A DNA stretch of 64,000 nt, taken from contig OX597821.1 of assembly GCA_951406725.2 (NCBI GenBank), positions 66,402,001-66,466,000 of the forward strand, read 5' to 3'. Every line of letters begins with the position of its first letter. Position 1 is the first letter of the stretch. The stretch comes from Octopus vulgaris (lineage: Eukaryota). The position numbers were made by a program, and so were the translations under genes. The notes beneath the pieces are model-generated. The model ran no database searches, had not been told where the DNA came from, and worked only from the letters and a program-made list of their open reading frames with translations. Positions 26,959 through 40,776 of this stretch are shown here, one piece after another.

Positions 26959-27704
26959 ACTGTACTGCATAATCTTATAGATGTCTTACATAACTGAATG
27001 TATTATGCTGTTACGTCACAATATAGTCTTTGAATGAAACATTGTTGTGAGACAATATAATCAATTCCTCTATGTTTCATGTTTTCTTTTTTATTATCAT
27101 TTGGCGCCATGTTGAATGTCCCACACTATTTTGGATAGCCTTGGATTTTGCGGATTACCAGCCACCAATGACCTTCCCTTCATCGCTGAACACTTCAGTA
27201 ATGGAATGGATTGTTTATCACTTGAGTTGTACCATGCAGTCTAGCCACAAAGTGTGGTATACTTCACTTTAATGTGCTTCGATCTTTAAATAGATCCCAT
27301 TCACTCACTCACTCAATCAATATATATATACACACACATATATAAATATATATGTATATATATATATATATGTATATATATGTATGTATGTATGTATATA
27401 CATGTACGTGCATAAACATTCACACACACATATACGCACACACAGGCACACGTACAAGCATGTATAGAGAGATAGCTTGCTAGATAGATACTCACACGTG
27501 AACGCATATACATAGACGTCTGCATATATAGACATATGTATGCATATATGTATATGTGAATATATATATATATATGTATGCATATTTATATGTATCTAAA
27601 TATGCATCTACATATGCATATATATATATATACATTTATATATACATATACATATCAATATATATATATATATACATATGTGTATATATATATATAACTT
27701 AGAT

Positions 27705-27768
<64 letters not shown>

Positions 27769-27974
27769 ATTGGCCCAGGCTGCAGACGTTATGGGATGCT
27801 TAGTGAGTGATTTTTCCGAGATTTCAGGATGTTCCGAGTCTTTCAATATATGTATGTATTTATGTTTGTATGTACGTATGTATGTATGTATGTATGTATG
27901 TATGTATGTATGTATGTATGTATGTATGTATGTATGAATATATGTATGTATGCATTTATGTATGTATGTATATG

Positions 27975-28029
<55 letters not shown>

Positions 28030-28148
28030 ATATATAAGTATGCACTATTATTAAAATTAGATTATCCCAAAATGCCACCTCTACTATTTTTTTCAAACAC
28101 ACGCACACACACAAAGATATATACAATACATACATAATGTATATTTAT

Positions 28149-28179
<31 letters not shown>

Positions 28180-28660
28180 CTTATGAAGTACAATATATTT
28201 TTTAAAAAGTCAACGGTCCCTCATATCTACATCATTTTCATGAGCATTCTTAGTGCTTAAACGGCCGCTTTATAAAAGGCTGAAAATGTCGTTCTCTTCT
28301 ATACTTTTTCCTCCCACCCAAAATGTCAAGGAAATAGCGAAATACTAATAAGAGGAAAAAAATGCATTCTGTATCTTGATAAGCAAATATAACTGGTGAA
28401 TATGGATTAATAATAGAGGAGGCTAAGTCTTAAGTATTAACACATGTATTTTTATAGTTGATGGTACGGTAAGTCACAAACATCTTGAGGTGGAGTGCTT
28501 TCCGTTTACCGCTCATATATTACAGGAAGTATGTTAATGCTAAAACACACAAACTCGAATGCAGACACGTATATGAGCAAATAGTTTTCGATATGCATCT
28601 GTATGTTTATAAAATATTTATAAAGAGATAGATAAGGACTTGTTCCTATAATTTTTTGTG

Positions 28661-28692
<32 letters not shown>

Positions 28693-28866
28693 TGTATGTA
28701 TGTATGTATGTATGTATATATATATATATACACATATGCATATATGCAATATCCATATGGTTCTCCAACTAACCCGGTTTCTACATGGATCCTAAAAACT
28801 TCTTATATCTTTCGTTTGTCTGCTTTCTCTCATATGTGAATGTGGCTGTGTGTGTGTGTATGTATG

Positions 28867-28898
<32 letters not shown>

Positions 28899-28992
28899 TG
28901 TATGTATATATATGTATATATATACACATATATATGTATATGCATATATATATATGTATATATATATATACACACATACATATATATATATT

Positions 28993-29031
<39 letters not shown>

Positions 29032-29144
29032 AAAACATACATATATATGAATATAAATTTATGTAGGCATGTATATATATATGAATACTTGATATATATA
29101 ATGTACATGACAAGTTATGTAACCTCTACATAACACACACACAC

Positions 29145-29179
<35 letters not shown>

Positions 29180-30039
29180 TGTATCTATGTATGTATGTAT
29201 GTATATGTATAAGCATGTAGATATCTATGAATATATAAATAGCTGCCTATTTGTGCACGTGTTTTTTCTATTTATTTATATTGACCTTGACTCTTTCTGA
29301 GTACATTTTCTCACTGTTTATTTATTTCGCCATATTTTCTAATTTTTAACTCGTAGGGAGGAAACGGAATTATATTTTTGTCACGTGTAATGTTTGAAAA
29401 TCTCATCTGGCTGGGTGTTTTTATTTCCGGTTTACATGCATAAAAAGCGATAGCTCACATTCCCACTGCAGTCGTTTTTTTTTTCTGACAAACTAGTCTA
29501 ATTTTATGGCTCATATTGTATATATTCCTTACACTTACGTGCCAAACAAACCTGCCATGTAAAAGTATGGCCCATAAGACAGACTATCCAAACCACACCT
29601 TGTATACTACAACTGGCTGGGTATTTTGCTCCCCGTATTTTAGTGTATATATCGGCTCTCCCCTACACCGTGCCTCTCTCGTCGAGATTTGCGGCTGACT
29701 GAAATTCTTCCTCGATTTGTGTACGCCGTTCGTCAAACCAATCGAGCGAAGTAGTACTAAAATTCCACACATATCTGTTTGAAGAAATGCTCATTGGTAT
29801 CTTCTAAAAAAATCAAATTGTAGTTTTTGTTCCCCTGTTGTGCTACCACCACTTAGACCCAGCAAAAGGCCTTCGTCCCTTTGTGTTTTTGAGCACGTGC
29901 TTTATCTCTGACTACATTGCTTTCGTGCATTGTGTTGAAAAAATAATTGGTTGGGGGCAAATTCACTGCAAGCACGATGGTTGCCATACCTGTTCTTAAG
30001 TGCTTCTTTTATGCTTTAACTATGTTTCCTTTTAATGAA

Positions 30040-30657
30040 GCGAGCTGACTATAAGGTGGAGAGCTGGCAGAAATAAGGCGGTGAGGTGGCAGAAATAAGG
30101 CTGTGAGCTGGCAGAAATAAGGCTGTGAGCTGGCAGAAATAAGGCACCGAGCTGGCAGAAATAAGGTGGTGAGCTGGCAGAAATAGGGCGGCAAGCTGGC
30201 AGAAATAAGGCGGTGAGCTGGCAGAAATAAGGCGGTGAGCTGGCAGAAATAAGATGGTGAGCTGGTAGAAATAAGGCACCGAGCTAGAAGAAATAAGGCG
30301 GTGAGCTGGCAGAAATAAGGCACCTAGCTGACAGAAATAAGGTGGTGAGCTAGCAGAATAAGGCGAAAATCTTGCAGAAATAAGGCGGTGAGCTGGCAGG
30401 AAAAAGACACCGAGCTGGCTGAAATATGGCGGTGAGCCAGCAGGATAAGGCGGCAATCTGGTAGAAATAAGGTGGCGAGCTGGCGGAATGAAGTACCGAC
30501 CTGGCTGAAATAAGGCGGTGAGCTAGCAGAATAAGGCGGCAATCTGGAAGAAATAAGGCGGCGAGCTGGCGGAATGAAGTACCGACCTGGCTGAAATAAG
30601 GCGGTGAGCTAGCAGAATAAGGCGGCAATCTGGAAGAAATAAGGCGGCGAGCTGGCC
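30040..30657 (+). repeat. About 21-bp minisatellite (AAGGCGGTGAGCTGGCAGAAAT-like, roughly 29 units) derived from the SINE B head
   Basis: The unit matches aaataaggtggcgagctggcagaaa at 32803-32827. A higher-order periodicity is visible in the last 200 bp. Confidence 0.9.
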
Positions 30658-31487
30658 TTCGTATTGTGATATATACTTTATATGACGCATTTTATGATCC
30701 TTGAATGATGTTTTATATATTGTAGAATGCTATTATTTAATGAAATGTAAATGCGTGTGAGGTTGGTATATTTGTGTATGTGACCCATTAATTCGTTTTA
30801 TTGTTTGAGTTTCGGGAAAGTGATACTATCTTCCTTTTCTAACTTAACACGTCCATAAACTTTTATTACATGTTTACAAAGCTACCTTAAGTTGAATCCC
30901 TTCTTTGAACTCGCAACTTTTGCAAATGATAATATATTATTGCCCTAAGTGCCGCCGTTACTGTTTATTTTATTTCCCTACCCAAATTTATGTTTTCAAT
31001 ACGATTCTTTTCTTCTTTTGTTTGAAAATTTCCTCATTACTACTGCAGATATAAATATTTAAGCTTGGCATTCAGTTTATAGGTTTGATACATTTCCTGG
31101 TCGTCTGCTTTTAGTTTGTGTATGAAAACTGTTTGGCAGTGTGTATGTTTACGTTATGGATGCTACCGCTACTGTCATCGAGGTGAGAACATCTTCTTGC
31201 CATGTCTGACTTAACCATCTTGCGATACCTGCAAATAAAATAACTTACTATTTGTGGAAAATATAAAAAAAATTTTAAAGATGTCCGAAGACAAACTTTT
31301 CTTCAGCGACAGATAAACCGCGCAAACAGTCTGAAGAAGAGGCCTTCCATTAAAAACTGGACTACAAAAATTCGATATTCATAAAATAATGCGCATTAAA
31401 AAACGAACAGGATTTTTCTAAGCAGACTTCTTTCAGATCCGTCTGTACATTCCCATACAGAACAGCAATAACGACAACAGTGATGCC

Positions 31488-31491
31488 GATA

Positions 31492-31526
<35 letters not shown>

Positions 31527-31587
31527 AACGACGATGATGATATGATGACGACGATGATGATGATGACGATGATGATGATGATATGAC

Positions 31588-31619
<32 letters not shown>

Positions 31620-31692
31620 CGATGATGATGATGATGACGACGATGATGATGATGATGATGATGATGATGACGATGATGATGATGATGATGAC

Positions 31693-31740
<48 letters not shown>

Positions 31741-31877
31741 ATGACGATGATGATATGATGACGATGATGATGATGATGATGACGACGATGATGATGATGA
31801 TGATGATATGACGACGACGATGATGATGATGATGATGATGGTCATGATGATGATGATGATGATGTTGATGATGATGG

Positions 31878-31927
<50 letters not shown>

Positions 31928-31937
31928 GTGATGATGT
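31488..31937. repeat. (GAT)n microsatellite
   Basis: Direct inspection. Confidence 0.95.
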
Positions 31938-32118
31938 CAAAAATGTCTAGCAGTTTATTATAATTATTACTTTGGCAAATGTTTCACGCCCATGCCAGTT
32001 ATTACATTGACATACAGAAATATTCACACGAAGAAGACTTTCTCTTTTGAAAAAAATATTAATTGTGATAATAGTAATAATGATGATAATGTTGTTAATG
32101 ATAGTAATAATAATAATA

Positions 32119-32172
<54 letters not shown>

Positions 32173-32245
32173 TTAATAATTATTATCTTTATTATTATTG
32201 TTGTTTTTATTGTTGTTGTTGTTATTATTATTATTATTATTATTA

Positions 32246-32277
<32 letters not shown>

Positions 32278-32807
32278 TTCATTATTACTAACTTTTGTTG
32301 TTTTTGTTTTTGTTATTGTTTCTATTGTTTTTAGTTTCCTATTCTCCAACCTCATATATTTTGTATTAGATTTTGCTTGCTCTGGTAAAAGAGAAGTTGG
32401 TACGGTAAATAAGTCACGAAAGTATTAATAGAAAGAAGACAAAGACAAAAAAAAAAAATCAACGTAGTTTTTAACTGGCTGTCAGAAAATTATGTTTCAC
32501 AGCTATTTAGAAAGAAAAAAAAAGAAAAAAAAAGAAAACGATCTCAGAAACTGTAGGTTGTATGATATGGAGGTGAAAAATATTGTTCAAATTATTCTTA
32601 TCCATCGTTCAGGTAATAACGTAAATGTTGCTAGACATGACGTATATTTTAGTGACTCACTGGTTTAGTGAATATGACCGATAACATACTTGCACATAAG
32701 TAAATATCAGATTGGTTTCGTGGGAAATATGATACCTATCAACTATTGGTAGTAGTTTATGGAACCATTCGAATTGCAAGAAGTGAGAGCTAAAATTCTA
32801 TCAAATA

Positions 32808-33680
32808 AGGTGGCGAGCTGGCAGAAACGTTAAGCACGCCTTTTGGGCAGTAAAGAAATAAGAAACCTTAGCACGCCGGGCGAAATGCTCAGCGGTATTT
32901 CGTCTGCCGTTACGTTCTGAGTTCAAATTCCGCCGAGGTCGACTTTGCCTTTCATCCTTTCGGGATCGATAAATTAAGTACCAGTTACGCATTGGGTTCG
33001 ATGTAATCGACTTAATCCGTTTGTCTGTCCTTGTTTGTCCCCTCTGTGTGTAACCCCTTTTGGGCAGTAAAGAAATAAGAAACCTTAGCACGCCAGGCGA
33101 AATGCTCAGCGGTATTTCGTCTGCCGTTACGTTCTGAGTTCAAATTTCGCCGAGGTCGACTTTGTCTTTCATCTTTTCGGGGTCGATTAAATAAGTACCA
33201 GTTACGCACTGGGGTCTATATAATCGACTTAATCCGTTTGTCCGTCCTTGTTTGTCCCCTCTGTGTGTAGCCCCTTTTGAGCAGTAAAGAAATAAGAAAC
33301 CTTAGCACGCCGGGCGAAATGCTCAGCGGTATTTCGTCCGCCGTTACGTTCTGAATTCAAATTCCGCCGTGGTCGACTTTGCCTTTCGTCCTTTCGGGGT
33401 CGATAAATTAAGTACCAGTTACGCATTGGGTTCCATGTAATCGACTTAATCCGTTTGTCTGTCCTTGTTTGTCCACTCTATGTTTAGCCCCTTGTGTGTA
33501 GTAAAGAAATAGGTATTTCGTCTATCTCTACTTTCTGAGTTCAAACACCGCCGATTTCGACTTTGTCTTTCATCTTTTCGGGGTCGATAAATTGAGTGCC
33601 AGTCAAGTACCGGGGTAGATGTGGTCGACCTCCCCCGCCCCCGAAATTTAAGGCCTTGTGCCTTTTGTAGAGAGGATCAT
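32808..33680 (+). mobile_element. Tandem multimer of SINE family B (three units of about 217 bp plus terminal half-unit)
   Basis: The junction ttttgggcagtaaagaaataagaaaccttagcacgcc recurs at about 32841, 33058 and 33275. Confidence 0.9.
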
Positions 33681-34478
33681 TATTAGTATTATTTGCATCA
33701 TCATCATCATCAGCACCAGCTGCTGTCATAGTAGTGTTAATAGTAATAGTGGTATTGATTGATGTTCGGTATTTAGTTACGTCCCTTAACGGATTGAATG
33801 AATTCAAAATTCGCCGAAGTCATACACTACTGCTATTACATCGAATGGATCCTCTCAAAGAATACCTACAAATAAAATAGGAAAAAAAAATTAAGGAAAA
33901 CCGTTCTCATCCTCTACCTAAGTTCCAAATTAATAATATACTTCAGCTACTTTAAGCTTTATCAAAATATTTTACAAATTCTACATCTAATTAATATTCT
34001 CCGTTAAAAAATTCTCTATGATTATTTCAACGAAACATTATAAATTTATGCTATAAGTATGAAAATATTTGAAAGTTTCTCAACATTTCACCTCATCTAT
34101 CATCATATTCTACATTCAACAGTTTGGTGATTTATCGCCAGGAATCTATAAAATGTTCAGAAACGTTCGATTTCTTTTGTTAATAGCTAGCGCTGCCATA
34201 GATTTTTAATGTTGTTCTATTGTCTATTACGGAAATTCATTCCTTTTGATCAATCAATTTCCTGCTGCTTCAAAGAATATAGAGTTTAAAACATTGCTTA
34301 TATACATATTTGTGAACTTCAACGCAGTTATGTGTTATTAAATGCATACAAGTATACTTATACATACACACACACACACAAACATATACATGTTCATGTA
34401 CAGCCACACAGAGACATAATACATACATACATACATACATACATACATACATACATAAATATACATACATATATACAT

Positions 34479-34563
<85 letters not shown>

Positions 34564-34685
34564 CAGACACACACTTCTACGTATGAGTGTATATAAATAT
34601 ATGAATAATATACACACATACATAAGTTTACTTATATATATATATATATGCATTATGGATGTATATATATGCATTGCATGTGTAT

Positions 34686-34732
<47 letters not shown>

Positions 34733-35351
34733 TATGTGTTCTAAAGATTTTGCTTCTGCTATCATAGCAAGGGCCATGCCAAAGAAACAGCTTCCACTCT
34801 GACTGCTCTATGTCGAGTCAACATAGAAGAATCTTTGTTTACTCCACCTTGAAAAGAGACATTCTTTAATATAGTCGTAGATACACAATGATACAACTGA
34901 TATAAAGACAAAATGGTCACAGCTACAATAAATGGCGTCTTGTTTTTGTCGGTCAGCGATAACCTAAGACTGCCCTTCAGCTATAAATTTTATATCTTGC
35001 TATTGACTCTGATTACAACTTGGCAATCAATTCAGTGGCTATTCCTTTCTATGTTTAATATAATTAATTAATTAATGGCTATCAATATCTGTTGTTTTAC
35101 CTTGGATATAATCATTTTCGCAAGGGAGATCTTAGATGCGAGACAAAGATATACATCTAGTCACCGTTTTCAAATATCTCTGGGCTAAATTTTAGGTAAT
35201 TTCTATTGTTTTACTTTGTTAGAAAGCAGTTATTCGATCTGGTATTTCTATTTTTCAAAGTAATTTTACATAAAAAAGAAAGAAAAAACATTTTAAATAT
35301 AAATGATCAAATTAAAAGTACAAGACTGAAAAAAATTCGTACCCCTGTATC

Positions 35352-35513
35352 GGCGCAGGCGTGGCTGTGTGGTAAGAAGTTTGCTTCCCAGCCATATGGT
35401 TCTGGGTTCAGTCCGACTGAGCGGCACTTTGGGTAAGTGCCTTCTACTATAGCCTCGGGCCTACCATAGGCTTGTCAGTGGATTTGGTAGACGGAAACTA
35501 AAAGAAACCGGTC

Positions 35514-35596
<83 letters not shown>

Positions 35597-35866
35597 TGTA
35601 TGTATGTATGTATGCATGTATGTAGGCAGGCACGCATGCATGTATGTATGTGTATTTGTGTTTCTGTGTTTGTCCTCCCAACATCGCTTGACAACCGATG
35701 CTGGTGTGTTTACGTCCCCGTAACTTAGCGGTTCGGCAAAAGTGACAGATAGAATAAGTACTAGGCTTACAAAGAATAAGCTCTGGGGTAGATTTGCTCG
35801 ACTAAAGGCTGTGCTCCAGATTGGCCGCAGTCAAATGACTGAAACAAATTAAAAGAGTAAAAGAGA
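35352..35866 (+). mobile_element. SINE family C, full length with expanded internal (TA)/(TATG)
   Basis: Aligns to 19089-19493. Confidence 0.9.
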
Positions 35867-36029
35867 GAGAGAGAGTATATATATATATTCATGCAAACGT
35901 ATACAGACATGCACACGCACGCACACGCACATGCACATGCACGCACACACACGCACGTATACGTACGAACATACACGCACACACGCACGCACACATACAC
36001 ATATGCACGCACAAGCACACATACAGATT

Positions 36030-36185
36030 AATACGACGGGTTTCTTTCAGTTTCCGCCTATCAAATTTTCTCATAAGACGTTGATCAGCCCGAAGACTAT
36101 AGAAAAAGTGCAATGAAGTGGAACTGAACCAGGAATGATTTGGTTAGTAAGCAACCGTGTTACCACACAGCGATGCCAGCGCCAA
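36030..36185 (-). mobile_element. SINE family C head, degraded
   Basis: Reverse complement runs ggcgctggcatcgctgtgtggtaa...ggttcagttccac...cggaaactgaaagaaacccgtcg. Confidence 0.7.
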
Positions 36186-37038
36186 TATACGTGTGTGTAT
36201 GTGTGTATATTATGTATATATGCGTACGCGTGTGTTTAAATGTGAGCACGTGCGTGTTCGTGTTTGCGTTTGTGTTTCACATCCATAATGCGTGTTATCT
36301 TTTATTTCATTTCCACTAGTTTTAGCGGTTCGGTAAAAAAAAACAAAAACAGATTAAGAGCAATATTTTTTTTACAAGTGATAGATCGATCTTAACGATC
36401 AAGCCTTTTCAAGGCCGTGTCTCAGCTTGATCGCAGTACAATGACTTCAACAATTAAAAGCGTAAAAAGAGAACAGAAGATTTGATGATATTCTGAGCAA
36501 GACAATATTGTTCACCAGTTGTAGTTAGAAGCTGCCAACAACTGTACTTCCATTACTTACAAATTATAGCTGTATATCTACGAATTTTGATCACTACCCT
36601 CATATAAGATAACTTTTGTATATAAAGCAGAGAGGATCTTCTTAAACGTTTGCAAAATAAAAATAGCAAAAAAAAAAAAACAAAGAAAAAGCTACAGAAA
36701 AAAAAGTACCTCAAACGAAAGTTAACTGAACAAAAATTTTAACTTCAAATAAAATAATCCGGAGACATACTGGTAACACGCTTAATCAGTTTATGAAGCT
36801 CAACATGAACTCTGTAACCTCACGCATACGTTTAGATTTAATTTATAGATATCACAATGAAATATATATATATGACAATATTTTACCTTAGTACTTTTAT
36901 CATTGAAAGATAAATTAATTAAAATTAAATACTTTACAAATAATTTAATTACTTATTGATAGATCATCTGTTAGTTACGTGAAAATCAAAATTATAAAAG
37001 CAAAAAATTATAATTACATTATATGATTATGTATATAC

Positions 37039-37069
<31 letters not shown>

Positions 37070-37433
37070 TATAAGTGAGAGAGAGCTGGGTGCGTGTACG
37101 CGCGTGTGTGTGTGTGTCTACGTGTGGGTGTTTGGGTGTGTAAACGCGCATACATACGGAGGCATTCGTATACTCGTATATGCAATTAAATAGTAGTTCT
37201 ATTTAGAAATATACATTCATACGTATTCATATAGACGAGCACATACATACACAGAAATACGCAGACACACGGGTATACATATACATTCATGCATATATAT
37301 ATATATACATATACATACATTATTTATGTGCATATATATGCATATAACTGTGTCTTTCAATATCTAATTACGATCAATTTCATACAAATGCATGCCTAGT
37401 TGTGTGTGTGAGCGATTGTGAGTATGTGTGTAC

Positions 37434-37499
<66 letters not shown>

Positions 37500-37764
37500 T
37501 TATTTATATATAGTCGCATACTAATATACATCTACACAGAAAAATTCACGCAAATATCTTCATATTTAGGCGAGTAATATATGTACGTTTCTATGTATTC
37601 AAAGATATGTTTATATACAGTTACACGTGTGTATTTATATCTGTGTGTAAATTGATACACACACTCATGCACGCACAGACACACATATACACATAATATC
37701 ATTAGTAGTTCATATATTCGAAAAAGAAGCATACACTAAGGCATTAGAGCATCAATGTATTTTT

Positions 37765-38305
37765 TAAGAAGTTAAAAGTTATGACCATTGGTTTCACACC
37801 TACAAAGCTTTTGGCGATAGACTCAACTGGCCGAAGGCACACAACCTCTCTAGAACTGAATGAAGAAATGCATAACGGTCAGTTGGTTTTGTAAGCAAAA
37901 AAATAATTATCCGTGCTGTGGGCGGGACTTGGTTAGCGGGAGTGGGTCATCACATTCACATTGGCTCCAGACATGGTGATATTCGAATTGGATATTTCAA
38001 GTTTGAATTAGAAAACGGGCATTGATTGAATACTTCTTTCTTAGAGTCTAAATCGGTCTGTAGGTCGAGCGCGTTTTTTGTTAGGATAGTTGCCTTCTCA
38101 GCTAAGAAACGCTTATACCGTTTGCTCCCGTTTATATACGCCCCTAGTTGTTCAAGGAGCTTCCATTTAATTATGACATAATTATGACCAACCCTCTCCC
38201 GTCTACAGCACAGACAATTATATTTTTCTAACAAAACTAACTGTCTGTTATGTATTCCTTCCTCCAGTTCTGGAGAGGTTATGCTATAACTTTTAACTTT
38301 CTGTG
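37765..38305. repeat. Diverged fold-back / MITE-like element
   Basis: aacctctctagaactgaatgaagaaatgcataac...gtgctgtgggcggga (37843-37930) is inverted at 38195-38280. Confidence 0.6.
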
Positions 38306-38969
38306 TGTGTATAATGGAAAAACTATTTCCGAGGGACAACAGAGGAACTTACAGAAAGAAAACATCAACAGACGCAAACTCGTTCAGACATCGCATTGGT
38401 CGTATGTGAGTGCATGAATGTTTTGCGATTATGCTGTGTTAGACATGTTAATGTAATTTGAGAATACTGCATATTATGTTGGTTGTTTTCTCAATGCAGA
38501 GAATACTGACTACTTAACGATCATCAGGGATAGAATATGCTAGCTAATTTGATTTAATGACGGCACGAAAGCTAAAAGAAATCTGTTACACGAGATAATA
38601 AGAGAATAGTGTTTTGCGAGTAAAATCATTTAAAAATTCATTTAAAAACAAAAGCTTTGTAGTTCAGAGTGTTTGGAAAGAAAAGTGTCTTTCGTTTTAA
38701 ATCTGGTCGACGAGCAAGTGTCTGGGATTCTCTGTTGTTTATAGTAGGAAAGACTGCGTCTTATGCAAGAGACAAGCACGGAACACCTGAGACAAGCTTT
38801 ACCACATCTTCAAAAAAATAAAGGAAACATCCAAGAGTTAACATGTTTGACGATATCTAGAGTATGTGAAAGGATTCTAATTATGAGAGTTAAACATATC
38901 TCAGGACCTAAACACAAAATCAAAGAGGAACTTATGGACATATTCCACTCATCTCTACAATGTATGCAT

Positions 38970-39088
38970 GTCATTATTCAATATATTTCAAGATTACTTG
39001 CCAATAGAGAAAAAACTGGTTTCCAACCTAGATCCAAGGCTACTTCATTAGAATTTCAACAGAGTATTTTTGTATGTATGTATGTATG

Positions 39089-39122
<34 letters not shown>

Positions 39123-39470
39123 TGTATGTATGTATGTATGTATGTATGTATGTATGTATGTATTTATGCATGTACGGATGTATGTAGGTATGTATGTATA
39201 TATGTATGTATCATGTATGTATATATGTATGTACGTATGTATGTGCAGCTTTGTATGTTTAATGTATGTATTCTCATACATATAACTACATATCTACACA
39301 TGGAAAGTTTTACAGACTTTTACAGTTCCAGTGATGGATTGGATCTCTAGTCTTCGAATTAGCTGTCTTCTTTCTGATTTTGAGAAGCCTAATTTCTCAA
39401 GATTGGTATTTAAGCAATGTGTTTCATATCCCAGGGCCCCAATAATTACAGGTATAAACCTGAACTTGTA
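38970..39470 (-). mobile_element. 5'-truncated R4/Dong-like LINE 3' end embedded in (CATA)n
   Basis: 39470-39294 translates without interruption as [58 protein letters not shown]. The 5' junction is directly at (CATA)n. Confidence 0.85.
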
Positions 39471-39534
39471 TGTATGTATGTATGTATGTATGTATGTATG
39501 TATGTATGTATGTATGTATGTATGTATGTATGTA

Positions 39535-39995
39535 TCTCTTATTATAAAAGGCAGATTTTATCTGCCTCCCTTTGGGAGTTATACAAATCTACAATATAGG
39601 ATTTCTTCAATTACAATTTACCTAGCATTTTTAAGAGTACAATGCATCGCGTCATGCCAGGTCCAGTTTTTAAAATTTAAACTCCAATTAAGCAAAATTT
39701 ACAGAAAACTCACATTCTGGTGTGTGTGTCAAATGCTTTTCTTAGTCTGGTTTACACCACACGCAAACGCACACACACAGTGTGCAACGAATAAAATGAA
39801 AGTAAATAGCGACAGAGTGATTTGAGGAAGACTAAACTGAAAGTATTCTGTTTATCACGCTGATAGATACATGAGTAAAATGTATGGGAAGCTAAGAGCT
39901 AAGAGTGAGTGAAAATGTTCTTGGAAGAGAGTAAATAGCGAGAGAGAGAGAGTGATTTGAGGAAGACTTTACATTAAATAACCATAGTGGCTTGT
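39535..39995 (+). mobile_element. Probable non-autonomous Helitron 5' portion
   Basis: Starts A|TCTCTTATTATAAAA, a Helitron-like 5' end similar to 40777. No 3' end of its own was seen. Confidence 0.45.
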
Positions 39996-40043
39996 GTTAG
40001 TAATAAAGTAAACATACACTCATACATACATACATACATACAT

Positions 40044-40074
<31 letters not shown>

Positions 40075-40295
40075 TACACACACACATACATACACACACA
40101 TACATACACACATACATACATACATATACATACATACATACATACATATACATACATACATACACACACACACATACACACACACACAGTATTGAAGCTT
40201 GAGAACAATCAGATACATTTGCAACACATCTGTTGAAAATATTATTGTTCACACACATACATATACATATATACATACAGACAGACAAACAGATA

Positions 40296-40341
<46 letters not shown>

Positions 40342-40390
40342 ATCCAGCATGGCCACAACCTCAAGGCTGAAACATATAAAAGAATAACAG

Positions 40391-40757
40391 AATATAAATG
40401 TGTGCAAAGTACAAGAAATATTAATGCAGTATATGGGGATTGGACAATAAGCGTAAGGCAGTGTCAATGGTGGTTCCAGAAATCCCGAGCCATAAACTAC
40501 AGCCTAGAAGACGAGCCTCATCCTGAAAGATCTGTAGAACTCGACAAGGACATCCTGAAAACCCTGGTGGAACAAAATCTCATCGTAACTGTTGAGGAAC
40601 TAGCAGAGAAGCTTGGATTTGGTCATTCAACCATTCATTGAGACCTGTGTGCTATCGGAAAAGTCAGCAAATTGGGTCAATGGGTTCCTCACGAACTTTC
40701 CGAGTCTAATTGCATGCAGAGAGTGAATGTATGCTTTTCTTTGCTGTCACATCTCAC
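40391..40757 (+). pseudogene. mariner transposase N-terminal fragment (HTH and linker)
   Basis: TRNINAVYGDWTISVRQCQWWFQK...SLEDEPHPERS...TVEELAEKLGFGHSTIH*DLCAIGKVSKLGQWVPHELSES contains the diagnostic WVPHEL motif and an in-frame stop at 40639-40641. Confidence 0.92.
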
Positions 40758-40776
40758 CACTACTGCGCTATGTATA

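Noticed and set aside
26421-26972. His-rich or mucin-like Thr-rich proteins (also 52632-53729 and 31396-31845)
   Set aside because: These are trinucleotide low-complexity tracts open in several frames on both strands, with no unique coding flanks or splice support.
27767-27846. 80-bp island between microsatellites, possibly another Dong 3' end (minus-strand LGTS*NLGK)
   Set aside because: Too short and degenerate to call.
30040-30657. CRISPR-like array
   Set aside because: Units are contiguous with no unique spacers, there are no cas genes, the context is eukaryotic, and the unit derives from a SINE head.
39005-39055. Hammerhead-like CTAATGA...GAAACCAGTT on the minus strand in the LINE 3' UTR
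   Set aside because: The invariant G5 is missing and stem I does not pair convincingly.
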